NCBI GenBank assembly: GCA_021734065.1
Contig: JAIPJQ010000002.1
Location: 2,136 to 66,135 of the forward strand
DNA length: 64,000 nucleotides
Direction of reading: 5' to 3'
From: Fidelibacterota bacterium
GTDB taxonomy: Bacteria; Fidelibacterota; UBA8477
Below are positions 37,255 to 47,378 of the stretch, piece after piece. Each line of letters starts with the position of its first letter. Position 1 is the first letter of the stretch. The position numbers and the translations under genes were made by a program. The notes beneath the pieces are model-generated. The model ran no database searches. It was not told the origin of the DNA and saw only the letters and a program-made list of their open reading frames with translations.

Positions 37255-38193
37255 ATGGGGAAAATCGCGTTCGCTGTCCATGGTGGGGCTGGTGTCATTC
37301 TCAAGGAAAACATGACACCGGAACGTGAAGCGCAGGTGCGAGTCGGGTTAAAAAAAGCGCTGGAAGTCGGACAAAATATTTTGACCACAGGCGGTTCGAG
37401 TCTGGATGCAGTGACAGAAGCCATCGTGATTCTGGAAGATTTACCGGAATTCAATGCCGGTCGGGGATCGGTATTCAATCATTTTGGGAAACATGAAATG
37501 GATGCGGCGCTCATGTCCGGTCGCGAACTAACCACCGGTGCGGTAGCCAGTGTCACCGGCGTCCGAAATCCCGTTCGCCTGGCCCGGGCAGTGCTGGAAA
37601 AGACGCCCCATGTCCTGCTCACCAGCGAGGGCGCTGAAGCGTTGGCGCTGGAGTTGGGTCTCCCCTTCGAGTCGGAGGAGTATTTTTACACTGACCATCG
37701 GTATAAACAGCTCCAGCAGGCGTTGGAACGGAATCAGACGCAGTTGGATCATGCGGACGATGGGGAGGAAGATAAAAAATTTGGGACGGTGGGTGCGGTG
37801 GCGCTGGATCAACACGGGGATCTAGCAACGGGTGTTTCTACCGGTGGAATGACGAATAAAAAATATGGTCGTATTGGTGATTCCCCTATCGTGGGTGCCG
37901 GCCTGTATGCAAATAACAGAACGTGTGCGGTTTCCGCCACGGGTGAGGGCGAGTATTTCATCCGAGGCGTGGTTTGTTATGACATTTCAGCCCGGATGGA
38001 ATATTTGGGTGAAGACCTTACCCGGGCTGCCCAAACGGTAATTATGGACCGACTGAGTGACCTCGGTGGCTCGGGCGGCATCATCAGCGTTGATGCGTCA
38101 GGATGTATCTCCATGCCGTACAATACACCGGGGATGTATCGGGGATTTCTCAACGACAAGGGTGAAGCGGTGGTGCGGATCTGGGAATATTGA
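37255..38193 (+). CDS. iaaA: Isoaspartyl peptidase/L-asparaginase (Ntn hydrolase)
   Basis: HGGAG, FNAGRG, EMDA, autocleavage site G-TVGAV, STGG, GRIGDSP and TGEGE. Confidence 0.95.
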   Translation: MGKIAFAVHGGAGVILKENMTPEREAQVRVGLKKALEVGQNILTTGGSSLDAVTEAIVILEDLPEFNAGRGSVFNHFGKHEMDAALMSGRELTTGAVASVTGVRNPVRLARAVLEKTPHVLLTSEGAEALALELGLPFESEEYFYTDHRYKQLQQALERNQTQLDHADDGEEDKKFGTVGAVALDQHGDLATGVSTGGMTNKKYGRIGDSPIVGAGLYANNRTCAVSATGEGEYFIRGVVCYDISARMEYLGEDLTRAAQTVIMDRLSDLGGSGGIISVDASGCISMPYNTPGMYRGFLNDKGEAVVRIWEY

Positions 38194-38199
38194 TCAACC

Positions 38200-38237
38200 A
38201 AAAAGCCCGAAGCCTGTTGCCAAGTCCGGGCTTTCTT
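38200..38237. terminator. Probable bidirectional terminator between convergent iaaA and the DUF5916-type gene
   Basis: AAAGCCCG...CGGGCTTT inverted repeat flanked by A and T tracts. Confidence 0.65.
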
Positions 38238-38278
38238 CACCTATGATGCTGGAGATGAAGTTTTGTGCCTAAGATTTC

Positions 38279-40945
38279 TTAAAGGTTGAATAAATAGCTG
38301 GCTTTGATGAGGAAAATGTCGTTGGGAGAGCTGCTGAACAACGTATTCAGGTCATCGCTCAGGGCGAATTCTCCCTGATTCATAGAATCAGTACGTCCCT
38401 GAGACCATACCAGATACAGGGTACTTCCGGGGCGGTATTCCCAGCGCAAGACCAGATTGGAATTGTACTGCTTGTAATTGAAATCCCGTTGCGGGAGCGA
38501 GAAGTTCATCACGCCATCCTGCTCCACATCCACTTCATATTGTTCAGCGGTAGCATCCCAGATGATTTCATTGCCCTGTAATTTGTGGTAGCGCCGGGAG
38601 ATTTCACGAGCTTCCGGGTCCACAACCATTAAATGTTGCGTATATCCACCGGCAGTGATAAAAGGTGATGCGTAATACTGCAGTGTGAGTTCAGGTGTCA
38701 AAGTCACATCCACCCGTAAGGTTGTGTTCAGTGAACGCTGATTCAGTTTGGCCACGATATAGTGTTTTTCACCGGTTTGGTCATCCACCGGATTGGCATA
38801 CCAGGCGGTATTATCAATGGTATGATTCAAATCGGCAGACAGATTCAGCACCACATTGTAAAAGGGCCGGTAAGTGGTGTAAAAACTGGTTCCTCGCCAA
38901 TTGCTCCCATCCACATTTTGTCCGGAATGACCATTGTAACCCACTATCCAGTCCTTACGATAATCGGTCTGCATGCCCCACCAACCATTGACTGCCGGAT
39001 CAATGTACAGCCGCGGTCCACCACGTAACAGGTTCACCGAATACCGCCACTGCGAGTAATTGATACCCATATTCATACTCCAGTAATTGGGAAAATGATA
39101 CCACCCATTCGTATTCAGGTTGAATCCCAGTTTCTCACCACTATTGGTATACGACATGGACTGATTGAAGTTAATCCCAATACTATTATAGTAACGGGTC
39201 GCTTCATTCTTGCGGTAGCCCAGCCAGATAAATTCCATCTGATTGTCCACTGCCTGGTGAAACCCCAGATCATTGGCTTCGAAACCCGGTGAATATCCGA
39301 TAAATCCGATAGCACCACGCCAGTCACCGCCACCGGATTTTCCGAAAACAACTTTATGGGCGACACCACTTAAGGACGTTGCGCTGGAATCCAGCTTCAA
39401 ATAGTCCGCACCTTCACCCGGGCGCTGAAAAAAGTGGGACGGACTCGTCTGTGTATTCAGAATCGCGTCAGTGGATCCTAGTACATGGGTGCCTGCCAGG
39501 GCAAGTTGAATATAATAACGATCTTTCCAGAAGTTGTGGGTCAGGTCCATACCGCTGGCGTAGGCGTCGCGCCGTAACCAGCTCAATTGCGGTTCATTGG
39601 AAAGGTTGCGATTGGTAGCGGTCAATATCCCACCAATGGCCGTTCGACCGTCATTAAAATCGCGCTGGATTCGGGAGACAAAATAATTGGTGGGTGGCTC
39701 AACTGTCTCCGTGAAATCTGATGCGATATCAGAACGCAGTGTAGCTGTTTCCCGGGCTGTGATGGCATCCAGAACACCGATGGACCAACCGGATTGGGTA
39801 CGCCCACTGACTTTCACGGCCGTTCGGATATTGGTGCTGTTGGGCATGTCCACATGGTAGCCGGAATCCGGATCAACGGAGGGGTAAGATTGTGGTGAAC
39901 GACCGATGCGGCGGGAATAAAAGAGGGACAGATTTTGCAAATCCCCGTCACCAAACCCCAGCGAATAATGAAAAATGTTGCTCCCTTCTACAAAAAAGGG
40001 GCGCTTCTCAGAAAAGTAGCTCTCGAAAGCCGATAGATTTAATTCAGCGGGATCAGCCTCCACCTGACCAAAATCAGGATTGATGGTCACATCCATGGTA
40101 AGGTCATTGGTAAGTCCGTATTTGATATCCACGCCCATTTTTTTGGAAAAGTTATAATCGTCCCCGTGTGTTTCATTCACCAACTCTGAAGATCGGTTAT
40201 AAGTGCTATTGGCGTAGGGTGCTACATAGAGACGCCTCTGTCGGGGGATATCGTCCAGCCCGGTCAATCCTCCAAAATGGCGAACAAAACCCGATTCATT
40301 CTGCGGCCAGTAAGCCCACCAGTCCTCCTCGCCAAGTCGGCTGATATTGCGATAGATCTGTAATCCAAAGGTATGGCTGTTGGCATCGGAAAATCGCAAT
40401 TCGCGCAAAGGGATTTTGAACTCAGCCGACCAACCGTCTCCCTCCACCGATGTTTTCCCCTCCCAGAGCGCATCCCAATTCTGGTCTTGTCCGTCGTCAT
40501 TAAACCAGCGCATATCCGACTTGACACCAGCCGGATTCAGTCCAAATCCAAACCCGGTCCGATTGTCATTATAGCTGTCAAAACCCACATAAACCCAATC
40601 TGATGGTGAGTCTTCGTCCCGACGGGTGAGGATACTTCTTATCTTATCAACTTCAGAATCATAGGCATAGATGCCCACATACAGATATTTTTCATCATAA
40701 AGAACCGTAAACCGGGTGGTCTCTGAAACTGATATGCCATCATAAGGCTGACGCTGGACAAGGTCTGATCGAAATGTCGCACGCCGCCAGGCCGGGTCAT
40801 CCAACTTCCCATCAATGTGAATTGCCTCAGGAGCAACTCGCATGGCAGTAAATACCTTGTTGGAGGATCGGGACCAGGCGGATTCAGACTGGCTTCTTCC
40901 GAACATTAGAGCAAATAAGAGCAGGGATAGAATCGCTATACGCAT
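38279..40945 (-). CDS. CBM9-like plus DUF5916-type outer membrane beta-barrel protein
   Basis: Signal peptide, IDGKLDDPAW, GWSAEFKIP, TINPDFGQVEAD, EKRPFFVEG, LFYSRRIG, NLVLRWEYRPGSTLYLVW and an OMP-like C-terminus (KASYLFNL). Confidence 0.82.
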   Translation of the reverse strand: MRIAILSLLLFALMFGRSQSESAWSRSSNKVFTAMRVAPEAIHIDGKLDDPAWRRATFRSDLVQRQPYDGISVSETTRFTVLYDEKYLYVGIYAYDSEVDKIRSILTRRDEDSPSDWVYVGFDSYNDNRTGFGFGLNPAGVKSDMRWFNDDGQDQNWDALWEGKTSVEGDGWSAEFKIPLRELRFSDANSHTFGLQIYRNISRLGEEDWWAYWPQNESGFVRHFGGLTGLDDIPRQRRLYVAPYANSTYNRSSELVNETHGDDYNFSKKMGVDIKYGLTNDLTMDVTINPDFGQVEADPAELNLSAFESYFSEKRPFFVEGSNIFHYSLGFGDGDLQNLSLFYSRRIGRSPQSYPSVDPDSGYHVDMPNSTNIRTAVKVSGRTQSGWSIGVLDAITARETATLRSDIASDFTETVEPPTNYFVSRIQRDFNDGRTAIGGILTATNRNLSNEPQLSWLRRDAYASGMDLTHNFWKDRYYIQLALAGTHVLGSTDAILNTQTSPSHFFQRPGEGADYLKLDSSATSLSGVAHKVVFGKSGGGDWRGAIGFIGYSPGFEANDLGFHQAVDNQMEFIWLGYRKNEATRYYNSIGINFNQSMSYTNSGEKLGFNLNTNGWYHFPNYWSMNMGINYSQWRYSVNLLRGGPRLYIDPAVNGWWGMQTDYRKDWIVGYNGHSGQNVDGSNWRGTSFYTTYRPFYNVVLNLSADLNHTIDNTAWYANPVDDQTGEKHYIVAKLNQRSLNTTLRVDVTLTPELTLQYYASPFITAGGYTQHLMVVDPEAREISRRYHKLQGNEIIWDATAEQYEVDVEQDGVMNFSLPQRDFNYKQYNSNLVLRWEYRPGSTLYLVWSQGRTDSMNQGEFALSDDLNTLFSSSPNDIFLIKASYLFNL

Positions 40946-41213
40946 GTCTTTACCTTATTTTAGTTCCATGTTGCGCACCTTAGACCAGCCAAATGAAAAG
41001 GGTTGTCATTTGAAACTTTTAAAATTAACTACCGCCCTGAAATTGACCGGCTGGAAACATAACAACCGGGATCGGAGATTAGAAAATGGTTATCGCCATA
41101 CTCGTTACCAGGGACAATCGAAATTCAGAAACTGAAAATTTGGGATATCCGACCGCTGTCCAGATAATGCAACGACACTCTTTAGTGAGTACTCAAGGGA
41201 ACACCCAATAACC

Positions 41214-44200
41214 ATGCGCGTTTTCATTTCCATGCGATTTTTAACACTTTTCCTCATCAGTACCTGCGTTTTGGCATTACAAATCGAACAAATCTCTCAG
41301 GGCGAATCCGATCTGCTGGTGTCACTGGAGATTAAAGCATCGACCTATGAGACTGTCTTCACAGTGGGTGATCGTCACCTGAACTTACCGGCAGTACCAG
41401 ACGCGGATTGGACCTATTTTCCCGGCCGGAATACGCTACGACCGCTCATAACCATTCCCATTGTACTGCCCCCCGACGGCCGACTGCCCACGCTGCAGGT
41501 GCTGGACCAGACAGTCACCCAATTATCCTTTGAATTTCCCGAATTTTCACCACAGGAAGCAGAACTTTCCGGCGTCTCCCGTGCGGATGGCTCCCTGGAT
41601 CCCAATGCAGCGGCTCAGGTGGTAAGGACCGGGCGTAGTGGACAACGCTGGTTCGGCGCGGTGCTCATTCAGCCACTCACGCTGGAGGGGCAACAAATCA
41701 CCGCCCTGTCCCTGCGTCTGGATTTTGGTCAGACACCGCAACTTCAGGTTGATTCCGGACCGGTGAAGATCCCGGCATTGAATGCCGAAATGGCAAAAGG
41801 CTGGACGATTCCCCGGGGAAAAAAACTGTCCCGGCGTGTTGACAACCCTCCGGAGGGCTCCTGGTACAAAATCCCCATCCGTGAAAATGGAGTTTATGCC
41901 ATCACGCGCACCAGCCTGTCCGGATCGCTGCCCCAGATCGCGCCGGAGAAATGGCGGCTCTTTGCCCCCTACTCGCAAGGGAGAACATTACCACAGAACC
42001 TGGAAGTTGATGGCGTCATACCACCCAATCTGATTGAGATCAGTTATCAGGGTATGGGACTTGGTGATGGTGAACTAAACGAGGGTGATCAATTGCGCTT
42101 TTTCGCCCGGGGACCCAATGGCGACCTGCATGGCGACCATGTGACCAATCCTTTTTTTAATGAAGTGTACTATTGGCTGCTCATTCCCTCCGATCCCAAC
42201 GCGGAGGGCAAATCCATTCCAACTCTCACATCCCTGGATGGCGATACCGACACCATCATCAATACCTACAAAGAGGTGTTCTATCACGAAAAAGAGCAGA
42301 AAAACCCTCTGCGGTCCGGCCTTACCTGGTTCGGTGAACAATTCGTGGGAACCAGCACAACCCTTACACTAAAGTTTGACGCCTGGGACCCTGTTACCAC
42401 GGGTGATTTGACGGTTTCAGCCCGCTTTTACCCCAGCCTGGAAAGCAGCTTAGGTTCTGATAATCATTCGGTTTCCATTCTGGCAAATCAGACAACCCTG
42501 CGCCAGTACAATACCACCGGCACAATGCCGTTTAATGTGTTCGGAACGGCCAATGCCGGGGTGCTGAACCAGGGTGAAAATCAAATTCGATTACATTATC
42601 AGTCCAATCGCAGTCAGAGCGAAATCTACCTGGACTCACTACGCCTGAGTTACGAGCGCCCTTTAGCGCCGAAATCCGGCGAAATCGTCATGGCTCATCT
42701 GCATTTGGACGCAGGTCTGAATCGGGTGGTGTTCACCAATCTGAATAGCAACGATCATTTTTGGGATGTGAGTGATCCGGCTGCTCCGGCTCAATTGACC
42801 ATTCAGGCGAATCAATTTCAGTTGAACGGACCAGGCGCCTTACATCTGCTGGGATTCAGCGATGATGATGTTCGAACCGCCACAACCATAGAAGTGTCAG
42901 ATTTTACGTATCAGTTGCGGCGCCCGGAAATTGATGGTGAATATATCGTCATTGCACCTAAGATTTTCAGTCAGGAAGCCGAACGAATCAAGGATCTCCG
43001 GGAAAACCGGGTGCTTCCAGAGGATCGAATGACGGTGAAGATCGCCTATATAGAGGATATTTATCGGGAATTCGCAGCCGGCGCCCAGGATCCCATCGCC
43101 ATTCGGAATTTTATCAGTTATGCCTATTGGAATTGGCAAACCCAGCCTGGCTATGTTTTCATTTTAGGAGATGCTGATTATGATTACCGAAATTATACCG
43201 GCCAGTCCAAAATTTTAGTTCCCGTCTGGGAAACGGACGGAACCAGCAGCGGCAATCTGAGTGACATTGCAACACGCGCTACAGATGATTTTTACGTCTA
43301 TGTAGTCGGTGGACCCGGTGACCGTGCACCTGACCTGGCCATTGGGCGATTACCGGCGCGAGATTTAACTTCACTCACCATCATGGTGGATAAAATTGAC
43401 GCCTATCAGACCAATCCGGTGCCCGGGGTCTGGCGAAATACGGCGATTCTGGTCGGTGACGATCCCTTACGTCCGTCTGTGGGTGAAACAATGCATATTG
43501 GACAATGCGAGGACCTTTACAATCGTCTGCCGGCTTCTTTCATCACCAAAAAAATCTACCTTACCGAATACCCGGATGTACAGGATCCCACATCTGCTTA
43601 TGTACGCAAACCGGATGCCCGGGAAGATTTGCTACAGAAGATTTATGATGGCGCTGCCATTATTACCTATATGGGTCATGGCAGCCCCACAGTCTGGGCG
43701 CAGGAACGGGTATTCACCCAAAGCGATTTACCCCGCCTGGACACGGGGATGAAATTACCCTTCTGGGTAGCTGGTACCTGTGACTGGGGCTATTTCGATG
43801 ATGTGAACAGTAATTGCGTGCCTGAAACGATTCTCAATATGCGGGACGAAGGCGGTGTTGGCATTCTCACAGCAACCCGTAAAGTGGGTTCTTTTTCCAA
43901 TGCCACACTGATGAAATCGGTCTATGAAGGTTTGTTTCAATATGGTGATCGCAGCACATCCAATACATTGGGCGATGCGGTTCGTCTTGGAAAATCAAGC
44001 AGTTTTAATACAATGAATGATGAGAAGTATGTACTCTTTACAGACCCGGCACTGAAGCTGGTCAGCCCAAGGGACAAGGGCGTCATGGAGCAGGTTACAC
44101 CATCTCAACCCCGCGCTCTGGGGAAACTAGCCTTTTCCGGAGATGTCCAATCGGACGCGCCATTGGATGGCCAGGCTGTGGTGACCGCGTATGACTCCAA

Positions 44201-45125
44201 ACGGAATGTGACGCGTCATTATTCCGGGTATGTCCCCAACAGCTCCCAGGGGTATTATGAAGGCGATATCTCCTACATCCTGCCGGGTCAGCGCATTTTC
44301 CGCGGGCTTATAAGCGTTACTTCTGGTGCATTCAGCGGTGAATTCACCATTCCCAAAGACATTCGCTACGTGGGCCGTTCCGGAATTTTGAATGTTCAAT
44401 ATTGGGATACGCAGGGGCATTCAGGTGTCGCTTTTGTGGATACGCTGAGTTTTACAGGCAGTGATTCCACCAGCACTGACGAAACCGGGCCTGATATCCA
44501 GTTCTACTACTTTGGACAGCCGTTGATGAATGGATATCAGGTGCTGGGAAGTGACAATCTCACGATTGAAATCTACGATGAAAATGGCATCAACCTCACC
44601 GGTGTTGCCGGACACGGCATTTCGCTGGCCATTGATGAAGATTGGGTCAATGCGGTGGATGTAACCGAACTCTATGAATATGATGTGGATCGCACCGACC
44701 TGGGCAGACTCGATGTTCTGCTTGCCAATATGGAGGAGGGGACCCACACGGTGAGTGTGAAAGCCTGGGATAATTTCAACAATCCAAATGTGAGCACCAT
44801 TTCCCTCAACTTTACCAGTTCCACTGAATTCCAGATCGTGGATATTTACAATTATCCCAACCCCATGACCTCGGAGACAATTTTCTGGTTCCGGTTAACC
44901 GATGCAGCCGATGTGAAAATTAAAATATTTTCCCTGGGAGGACGCATGGTACGCACCATTTCACTGGGGAGCGTGGGAAAAGGCTATCATATGGGGCACT
45001 GGGATGGCCGGGATGAGTTTGGTCAGTTACTGGCGAATGGTGTCTATCTGTATGTGGTGGAGGCAAAGTATGACCTGGCTGCTGATCCGCGACAGGCGAT
45101 TCAGAAATTGGTGATTTCTCGATGA
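41214..45125 (+). CDS. porU: Type IX secretion system sortase PorU-like protein (peptidase C25) with C-terminal sorting/FlgD-Ig domain
   Basis: WYKIPI.ENGVY, IYREF..G..DP.AIRNF, LGDADYD, IGRLP, catalytic YMGHG and GTCDWGYFD, KAWDNFNN, and CTD YNYPNP...WDGRD..G..LANGVYLY. Confidence 0.85.
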   Translation: MRVFISMRFLTLFLISTCVLALQIEQISQGESDLLVSLEIKASTYETVFTVGDRHLNLPAVPDADWTYFPGRNTLRPLITIPIVLPPDGRLPTLQVLDQTVTQLSFEFPEFSPQEAELSGVSRADGSLDPNAAAQVVRTGRSGQRWFGAVLIQPLTLEGQQITALSLRLDFGQTPQLQVDSGPVKIPALNAEMAKGWTIPRGKKLSRRVDNPPEGSWYKIPIRENGVYAITRTSLSGSLPQIAPEKWRLFAPYSQGRTLPQNLEVDGVIPPNLIEISYQGMGLGDGELNEGDQLRFFARGPNGDLHGDHVTNPFFNEVYYWLLIPSDPNAEGKSIPTLTSLDGDTDTIINTYKEVFYHEKEQKNPLRSGLTWFGEQFVGTSTTLTLKFDAWDPVTTGDLTVSARFYPSLESSLGSDNHSVSILANQTTLRQYNTTGTMPFNVFGTANAGVLNQGENQIRLHYQSNRSQSEIYLDSLRLSYERPLAPKSGEIVMAHLHLDAGLNRVVFTNLNSNDHFWDVSDPAAPAQLTIQANQFQLNGPGALHLLGFSDDDVRTATTIEVSDFTYQLRRPEIDGEYIVIAPKIFSQEAERIKDLRENRVLPEDRMTVKIAYIEDIYREFAAGAQDPIAIRNFISYAYWNWQTQPGYVFILGDADYDYRNYTGQSKILVPVWETDGTSSGNLSDIATRATDDFYVYVVGGPGDRAPDLAIGRLPARDLTSLTIMVDKIDAYQTNPVPGVWRNTAILVGDDPLRPSVGETMHIGQCEDLYNRLPASFITKKIYLTEYPDVQDPTSAYVRKPDAREDLLQKIYDGAAIITYMGHGSPTVWAQERVFTQSDLPRLDTGMKLPFWVAGTCDWGYFDDVNSNCVPETILNMRDEGGVGILTATRKVGSFSNATLMKSVYEGLFQYGDRSTSNTLGDAVRLGKSSSFNTMNDEKYVLFTDPALKLVSPRDKGVMEQVTPSQPRALGKLAFSGDVQSDAPLDGQAVVTAYDSKRNVTRHYSGYVPNSSQGYYEGDISYILPGQRIFRGLISVTSGAFSGEFTIPKDIRYVGRSGILNVQYWDTQGHSGVAFVDTLSFTGSDSTSTDETGPDIQFYYFGQPLMNGYQVLGSDNLTIEIYDENGINLTGVAGHGISLAIDEDWVNAVDVTELYEYDVDRTDLGRLDVLLANMEEGTHTVSVKAWDNFNNPNVSTISLNFTSSTEFQIVDIYNYPNPMTSETIFWFRLTDAADVKIKIFSLGGRMVRTISLGSVGKGYHMGHWDGRDEFGQLLANGVYLYVVEAKYDLAADPRQAIQKLVISR

Positions 45126-45721
45126 TCCCAACGTTCACCTGCCCCATCACACTGGCCAGCCAATCTCCCAGGCGAATTGAATTGCTGCACAAAATCGGAC
45201 TTGAATTTTCCGTGCATCCTGCCGGAGTTCCAGAACCACCTGCTGTTCCCGGTGAAAATCCCCTGGAGTATGCACAAAAAATGGCTCTCATGAAAGCCCG
45301 CAAGGTTGCGGATGAACTTCCTGACCACCTGGTGATCGGTGCTGATACGGTTGTGGTGGTGGCGGAAAATATTTTAGGCAAACCCGCCACAGACGACGAA
45401 GCCCGCGAGATGCTGAATCTACTGGCAAATCGCTGGCACTTGGTGACCACGGCTTACGCTATGGTCAAGCAGGATCAGCAGTTTGAATTCGCCCATCAGC
45501 AGACTACCCGGGTCCATTTCCGGGCGCTTTCGACGGCAGAGATTGAGCATTACATCAATACCGGGAGTCCCTTCGACAAAGCCGGTGCTTACGGGATTCA
45601 GGATTACTCTGCCATCTTTGTGGATGCCATTGACGGGTGCTTTTATAATGTGGTGGGCTTGCCGCTGAGTCATCTGGTTGACTCGTTAATAATTGTGAGT
45701 GACCAGCTCAGCTCCGCTTGA
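45122..45721 (+). CDS. maf: Maf family nucleoside triphosphate pyrophosphatase (YhdE-like)
   Basis: LASQSPRR, GADTVV, GKP, DKAGAYGIQ and NVVGLP. Confidence 0.95.
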   Translation: MIPTFTCPITLASQSPRRIELLHKIGLEFSVHPAGVPEPPAVPGENPLEYAQKMALMKARKVADELPDHLVIGADTVVVVAENILGKPATDDEAREMLNLLANRWHLVTTAYAMVKQDQQFEFAHQQTTRVHFRALSTAEIEHYINTGSPFDKAGAYGIQDYSAIFVDAIDGCFYNVVGLPLSHLVDSLIIVSDQLSSA

Positions 45722-45779
45722 TTTACCACGCGCGAAGCGTTAAAATTCCTCTAATACTGAATAACTGCTAGGAGTACCC

Positions 45780-46583
45780 GTGGCCTTCCATGAGGATTTG
45801 AAAAGTTACCGTCTGAAACAGAACATTACGCTGGAAGAAATTTCCGACCGCACAAAAATCAACATTAATACACTCAAGGCATTCGAAGAGGGCGATTTCA
45901 GTAGTTTGCCCACGACGTATGTGCGGCTATTTCTGAAAGCGTATGCCAAAGAGATCGGCATGACGGAAGAGGAAGTGCTGCGGAATTACGAAAATGAAGT
46001 TCAATTTGCCGGTCAAAGCGAATCACAGGCACGTAAAGAATCGGCTCGCCGGGCGGAGGAGCCATCATCAAATGCCAAACCTAAATCCGATGCTTCCGGT
46101 CAACGGATACTGCTCAATAGTCCGAATCAACCAGCTACCAAAAAAATAATTGTCAGCGCCATTATTCTTATCCTGATCATTGTATTTGGTAAACTGGCCA
46201 TGCGACCATCCGATGAGCCGGAGAAACAACCACCTGCCGTGATTGCTCCACCCGCTTTAAGTTTGTTTGAAAAATCCGACTCCCTATCCTGGGGATTATC
46301 CGGTTTATTATCTGATTCAAATGCTGTTGAAGTTGGAGCAAGCCTTCCCGTTACCCTCTACATCAAACGGGATTCTTTACCCACAGATACGGTCCTGGTT
46401 GACTCCGGGCAGGTCTACCTAAATTCCTTCGTCAAACGACTGGACATTTTTGCCTATCCGTCGAATGGAGCGGCATTCGTTCTCATGGATCAACCCCTCC
46501 AGCCCTTTAATCCGGCCAATTCCTGGACTCAGCTCAAGGTCCGGGGAGCGGAGAGCATTCTCTACTCCTATTCATTAAAATAA
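45780..46583 (+). CDS. RodZ-like HTH membrane protein
   Basis: N-terminal HTH (LKSYR...ITLEEIS..TKI...L.A.EEGDF..LP..YVR.FLK.YA..IG), one TM segment and a periplasmic beta-rich tail. Confidence 0.8.
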   Translation: MAFHEDLKSYRLKQNITLEEISDRTKININTLKAFEEGDFSSLPTTYVRLFLKAYAKEIGMTEEEVLRNYENEVQFAGQSESQARKESARRAEEPSSNAKPKSDASGQRILLNSPNQPATKKIIVSAIILILIIVFGKLAMRPSDEPEKQPPAVIAPPALSLFEKSDSLSWGLSGLLSDSNAVEVGASLPVTLYIKRDSLPTDTVLVDSGQVYLNSFVKRLDIFAYPSNGAAFVLMDQPLQPFNPANSWTQLKVRGAESILYSYSLK

Positions 46584-46617
46584 CCCACTTCTCCCCACAC
46601 GGGGTGTTGGTACTTTC

Positions 46618-46650
46618 AAACAGGCCGCTAAAATGCGGCCTGTTTTGTAT
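46618..46650 (+). terminator. Rho-independent terminator after the rodZ-like gene
   Basis: AAACAGGCCGC-TAAAAT-GCGGCCTGTTT followed by TGTAT. Confidence 0.8.
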
Positions 46651-46855
46651 TGCATAGAAATAATCCACCGGCATATCTTTTGATATTGTGGGGACTGAAA
46701 CACTTTTCCCCCACTTTTCCATCCGAAAGACAAATATTACACTAAACTATTATAATTACTATACTTTACTGCTATCACGAAATGTTCGTGTCAGCCTGTT
46801 CTTTACTGGGTACAGCACAATTTAATCCTTAGACCAACAATTTTTTCTTGTGTTG

Positions 46856-46890
46856 GTGGGGAATAGTGTGTAAGATTGGGGAAAAGTGGG
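46856..46890 (+). promoter_or_regulatory. MraZ operator (DCW boxes)
   Basis: GTGGG(46856), GTGTG(46866), TTGGG(46876) and GTGGG(46886) at an exact 10-bp period just upstream of mraZ, matching known MraZ TGGGN repeats. Confidence 0.8.
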
Positions 46891-46916
46891 GTATTTTCCC
46901 ACAATCAAAGGGGCTG

Positions 46917-47378
46917 ATGACATATTTATCGTTCACTGGGGAGTATCACTACTCCATTGATGCCAAGGGGCGGGTTAACCTGCCGGCTCCGCTGCGGAAG
47001 GCACTACCTGAATCCAGTGAGGAAACAGTGGTGCTGACCCGTGGACAGACGGAGAACATCGTTGCATTCCCGCTGGACGAGTGGAAGAAAATCCAACTGG
47101 GATTAAACAAACTCTCTACGATTAACCCACTGCACCGGAACTTCATCCGGAGTCTCACACGCTGGGCATCCTATTGCAAATTTGACTCACAGGGGCGAAT
47201 CGCTATCCCCCAGAATCTCTTAGAGTACGCAAATATTAAAAGAGATGTGACAATTATCGGCCTCAACTCTGAAATCGAAATCTGGGATCCGGAACTGCTG
47301 CAACAGCACGAACAGACCGATTTCAAATTGGATCAGGAAGATTTTGAAAATCTGGCGGATGAATTGCGCCGGCCGTGA
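46917..47378 (+). CDS. mraZ: Transcriptional regulator MraZ
   Basis: FTGEY..SIDAKGRV and DSQGRI...EIWD. Start reassigned to ATG 46917. Confidence 0.96.
   Translation: MTYLSFTGEYHYSIDAKGRVNLPAPLRKALPESSEETVVLTRGQTENIVAFPLDEWKKIQLGLNKLSTINPLHRNFIRSLTRWASYCKFDSQGRIAIPQNLLEYANIKRDVTIIGLNSEIEIWDPELLQQHEQTDFKLDQEDFENLADELRRP

Noticed and set aside
40946-41213. Strand switch from minus to plus as a possible replication origin
   Set aside because: No DnaA-box cluster, no clear AT-rich unwinding element and no dnaA-region genes. It looks like an ordinary divergent promoter region.
46848-46916. N-terminal extension of mraZ in the ORF track
   Set aside because: It spans the MraZ operator repeats. ATG 46917 fits the family start and has an RBS-like sequence.
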